Origin: Styela clava
Lineage: Eukaryota
NCBI RefSeq assembly: GCF_964204865.1
Contig: NC_135260.1
Span: 7,378,001-7,442,000, forward strand
Direction: 5' to 3'
Length of the DNA stretch: 64,000 nt
Below the pieces are notes generated by a model that was given only the letters and a program-made list of their open reading frames with translations, made no database searches and had not been told where the DNA came from. How positions within the stretch are numbered: the stretch's first letter is position 1; each line of letters starts with the position of its first letter. The translations under genes were made by a program, and so were the position numbers. This document shows, piece by piece, positions 59,240-64,000 of the stretch.

Positions 59240-59549
59240 TAGGATAAGATAGGATTTACATATTTATCCCGGGGGAGAGGAAAGCCGAGAAGACGGCTTA
59301 TCCATATGGCGAACCAAGCCTCTCGTCTGGTTACCATTCCAAGTCGGGTATGGGATTAGTTAGTTATTTGTTTTCGGAAGCATGGACTTGGTGGTGGAAG
59401 AAGCCGTAACCGACCAGCGGTTACGTGAACCACCCAACGACGGCGAGGAGTCCAGCAATCCTCTCGCACATAACCATCCCTGCATGGGATTCGAACCTGC
59501 GAACCCACGCAGAGTAATTATAGGTGCGGTGGCGAGTGTATTCCTAACG
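59240..59549 (-). mobile_element. tRNA-derived SINE, 5'-truncated by a hAT-like insertion
   Basis: Minus-strand B-box GGTTCGAATCCC and (ATCCT/ATCTT)n tail. Homologous to 3360-3881; degenerate relatives at ~14040-14260, ~29345-29520, ~31245-31305. Confidence 0.8.
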
Positions 59550-59798
59550 CAGTGTTTCCCAACCCGAGTCCGCGGTCTCAAATGAGTCCGCAGAGCGTTC
59601 AAATGAGTCCGCAACGAGTCAGAAGTTCACTGTTTTTGCGAAACTTGATTAACTATCAGCCAAGTTAGGATTTGCGTTAGAATTTACAAAAAAAAAATGA
59701 AAAGTCGGTTTATTCACATGACATTATTCGCGTCAATAATCACTGGTTACTGAGTAGGGCTGGGCATATATTCGAATATTCAACTATTAGAATAGCAT

Positions 59799-62700
59799 AT
59801 TAACCAATAATTTGGATAATGGAAGTCAAATTCTATATAATAATTGACGTAATCGAAATATTGAAGAGATCTTTCTAGTCTTTCTCGTGTATGAGAAAAT
59901 GGATATTTTCCCATGTCGGGTGACCCATAAACAACCGAAATATTGAAGAGATCTTTCTAGATCATTCGAAATATTGAGTCTAGATCTTTCTCGTGTATGA
60001 GAAAATGGATATTTCCCATGTCAGGTAACCTATAAACAAGTGTAATTATTGTAAGAAGGGTACCGAACATTCTAGATATGAGCAAAAATTGCTCCGTGGG
60101 AAACGAGATTTTTGGATAATAAAGAAAGGTACCGTTTTTGGCGAGCGAGATGAAAAAGATGTTACCGTTTAAATAGACATTTTGATCGTGGTTTGCCCGG
60201 CTTTTTCTATTTCAATTCGTTCGATACAGCAACCGGCTTTTCTATTCGTTCGATACAGCAACCGGCTTTTCTATTCGTTCGATACAGCAACCGGCTTTTC
60301 TATTTCAATTTCGATGCAACAATGCTAATTCATCACCGACTTGGTTTTCACGATTGAATGACCGTGTTTTACAGGAATAATCAGTGTAAGAACGGTCTCG
60401 AATAATCGAGAAAATTGTGTATCCCTTTAAATGCGATCTCAAACATTTCAAGCGATCGTCATCCTTATCGTCAAATATCAATAATTCTGATGATCGCTAC
60501 GCTACTGTTATGAATAATAACTTGAAATTATTCATCACCAGAAGTCGTCTCACTGATGACGCCGAATATCGAGATTATTATGGATTATACTTAACAACCG
60601 CAAGCAAGTCTTTATATCTTATTACTTAGTATTGTTTTGTACGTTTTTTTAATTTTGTCTTACTGTCATACTTATTGTAATTATGTACCTGTTATTGTTT
60701 TGGTGGTTTAATTTTGTTATGGTAATTTTGTAACTGGTATTGCTTAGTGGGGTTTGGTCTATATTGGATAGATATTACGTAAGTTAAATCAGGGGTGAAT
60801 CATTATAAATTACCACATATTACCCCACAAATGTCAAAAGGTCGATTTGTTGACGAAATCGACCCACAATTCGGACTTCAAGATTTGGATATTTCTGAAA
60901 CTAGTTCAGTTAAATACGAAATAATTAATAAAGTGCATTGGCAAAGTTTTTTCTCCAATAGAAATAAAACCAGCTCTATTCCGAGTAATAAAGATACCAG
61001 TGCGAATCCCTACCTAATAGACATGTTTAGAAACGTACTTCATCATGTTGTTTAATTTTAAGTTTTTTTATATTCACTCTTTTTTATATTCACTCTATTT
61101 CTAAGATATAGTACTTTTCCATTTGTATACATATGATGTTACAGTTTGGCTTTCAATTTTGATGAATTAATGGTAGAAGAATTTGAATGTTTAAACTTTA
61201 AATGACTTTCGAGAGATTTATAATAACTGAAAGCTTGGCGGGAATTAACAACCCCTTCTTGATTGGATAGATTTCGTTATTACTAAAATGCCCTTGAAAG
61301 TAAATTCAGTGATTGAATGAGCTCCACGCTCGACTTAACAAAAATTAGACGGAAAACGTTATATTCTCCGAAAAAGCCCGAAGCTGGCATAACAAAACAA
61401 AAAAAAATGCGCTACTTCAACCCGACATGGGGCAAATATAGACCAACTAGGTCGCAAAATTGCAACAATGCGCTATTTCAACCCGACATGGGTAAATACA
61501 GACCAACTAGGTCAAAAATTGTAACAATGCGCCCAGAGGCACCCATGAGGATGACCAAATGGGGTCTAAAGGATCTTTTTCAGATGAAAAAGTCAAGCTG
61601 GTAACGCGCAAACATTGACACGTAACAGAGAAAGAAGCTCAGTCGAGCAGCCAACTAGGCTTATGATTTGATCTAAACACCAAGAAAATATTCAAGTGCC
61701 CAATTTCCACCAAATGGAGTGGCAATTTTTCGTCAATTCAACGTCTATTTTTCGCCAGTTTTTCAATTTTTTTTTTGTTGGTTTACTGTGTCATACGTAA
61801 TCAAGAAAATATTGCAGTACTAATTTCCCACCATTTTATTGTTTCATTCCCGCCTTTTTTGTTTGTCCGATTTTCAGTGTCTTATATATTTTTGCCGTAG
61901 TTTTCTCGCAATTTTCAGTGTCTTATATATATATTCGCCTAATTTTTAATGTTTCATTCTTGCCCATTTTATTGCAGTGCCCACTTCCCACTGGGAATCA
62001 ATAAACCATCTTTTCTTCATTTTTTAAAGTCATTATCGCCTAATTTATCTAATAGTAAATCGTACATTAAACAAGTGCTCACAATTTTGAAAGTCGTGTA
62101 GGTGAGAAGAAGGTATAATAATACCATTACTGTTTCACTGAATTGCACAATTCAAATGCCTTTCACAATACAAATGTCTCATCCTTATAATTTGAAAAGA
62201 CCCCAAGTCAGAATCACAATAAATGGGGCTACAATGAGTTCTTAAGTTGTATGTTTTTAATTCTTGCATGTATAATTAGTGCTCAAATTTCATGTTTTTC
62301 TTCTTGTATATAAATCTTTCAATTGCCATTTTAAATAACCAAAATTAAGGAATTTGTCTTGTCGTTTCTGAGTCTTATGTCTTATTGATTAATTACACTC
62401 GACCATTTTTTCTTGCTCTTCGTAGTGGATGTTTTGCTCTTCATCCGACAGTTTTCAAACAAATTACTTTGACATTTCAAATTGCCATCTTCAAAAGTTA
62501 CGAGATTTGATTACTGTCATGATAATTTCGATTTCATTCTTATATTTCTACAATTATCGGTTAATTTTTAATATGTGCTTTTAAAATATTTCACTTGTGG
62601 TGCCAGGAATGTGTAACAAATTAACCAATAATTTGGATAATGGAAGTCAAATTCTATATAATAATTGACGTAATCGAAATATTGAAGAGATCTTTCTAGT

Positions 62701-63177
62701 CTTTCTCGTGTATGAGAAAATGGATATTTTCCCATGTCGGGTGACCCATAAACAACCGAAATATTGAAGAGATCTTTCTAGATCATTCGAAATATTGAGT
62801 CTAGATCTTTCTCGTGTATGAGAAAATGGATATTTCCCATGTCAGGTAACCTATAAACAAGTGTAATTATTGTAAGAAGGGTACCGAACATTCTAGATAT
62901 GAGCAAAAATTGCTCCGTGGGAAACGAGATTTTTGGATAATAAAGAAAGGTACCGTTTTTGGCGAGCGAGATGAAAAAGATGTTACCGTTTAAATAGACA
63001 TTTTGATCGTGGTTTGCCCGGCTTTTTCTATTTCAATTCGTTCGATACAGCAACCGGCTTTTCTATTCGTTCGATACAGCAACCGGCTTTTCTATTCGTT
63101 CGATACAGCAACCGGCTTTTCTATTTCAATTTCGATGCAACAATGCTAATTCATCACCGACTTGGTTTTCACGATTG
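59799..63177. repeat. Pair of near-identical 558-bp direct repeats (59799-60356, 62620-63177)
   Basis: Identical by eye, including an internal duplication and three 29-bp AACCGGCTTTTCTATTCGTTCGATACAGC units. Confidence 0.95.
61406..61531. repeat. 60-bp tandem repeat (2 copies)
   Basis: AATGCGCTA.TTCAACCCGACATGGG..AAATA.AGACCAACTAGGTC repeated at period 60. Confidence 0.85.
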
Positions 63178-64000
63178 TGAGTGTGTTTTATTGTAAGTCA
63201 ATTTATTGTGATATATTATCTGTGGAAATAAAAATCTTTACAGGCAAATGGGTCAGATCCTTACTGTTATATAAAATTAACAGATATCTCAAATTGAACA
63301 CGTAACCTACTATATATTCTGTTTTTGGAGTCAGATACTTATCTAATTCGCTTAATAAGAAAGCAAAGTCATCAGAAGTTACAGTGTAAATGTACGCACA
63401 GTAGTAATGTCGAATTCACAAAAATACGAGTCAAAACAAGATATAATCGGGCACTTTACCACGCATTTTTGTGTCCACGGATTGTCATGATATTTTCTGA
63501 GTAGTATTGCTCTTATTTCGTCAACACAACCGCAGTTTAAAAGAATCACACATGGGGATGGATTGAATAGTTTATGCAACAGAAAAAAATCACTGAAAAG
63601 TCGGCTCCTTTAACGAGTGACGTATACGCGACGATTACTTCAGAAGTTGTCGCGAGAATTTCATTTGTAGAAAACCAGACAACCTTATCCATTCTCTTTT
63701 ATACCATATACTAACTCAAGAATTCTTATATGCATAATTAAAATAGTGAATATGGGGGGAGCTGACTCTGATGACCGTATGGTCGTATCGCTCCTCCCAG
63801 TCTATACCGAAAAACTCTACATATCATTGTATATATTTTTATTGTTGCTATTGTTTCAGTATTTTTTTTTTCTGGTTGACGAAAATAAATCTCTTTCTCT
63901 CTCTCTCTCTCTCGATGAATATGTATTCTTGATTTACTAATATATATACTTCAAATATATTTTTAATAAATAGTAAATTAAGTTGTACGTTCCGGAAATT

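Noticed and set aside
59460-59549. tRNA gene
   Set aside because: A B-box is present but there is no cloverleaf, and the sequence continues into a dispersed SINE body and tail.
60197-60310. 29-bp repeats as a CRISPR array
   Set aside because: The repeats are contiguous with no unique spacers, there are no cas genes, and the context is eukaryotic.
62599-62609. TGGTGCCAGGA as a retroelement primer-binding site
   Set aside because: It lies before the second direct repeat rather than after the first, and no other LTR hallmarks are present.

Overview
AT-rich, intron-containing animal genomic DNA. Gene content and repeat style suggest a marine invertebrate, possibly an ascidian (inference only). 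No prokaryotic features, CRISPR array or rRNA were seen. I reconstructed exons by hand using splice signals and reading-frame phase. Genes: (1) an HHIP/HHIPL-like gene on the minus strand that runs off the left edge, whose 5' 3.24 kb is tandemly duplicated into a truncated upstream copy; (2) a secreted SRCR/EGF (DMBT1-like) gene; (3) two intronless, divergently oriented makorin-like genes with only RING plus C-terminal C3H finger, flanking a head-to-tail ~1.19 kb Helitron-like tandem; (4) an adhesion GPCR with a degenerate GPS; (5) a ~1,200-aa low-complexity, probably nuclear protein. Introns and intergenic DNA hold many non-autonomous transposons: GG-terminal 8-bp-TSD Merlin-like MITEs, nested hATs, a Mutator-like foldback, Helentron-like elements and tRNA-derived SINEs. 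The most unusual observations are two SRCR-exon donors that fit the reading frame best as G|TTAAG (non-GT), two GC donors, and a duplication whose breakpoint lies inside the terminal hairpin of a Helentron-like element, which also supplies the stop codon of the truncated HHIP-like copy.
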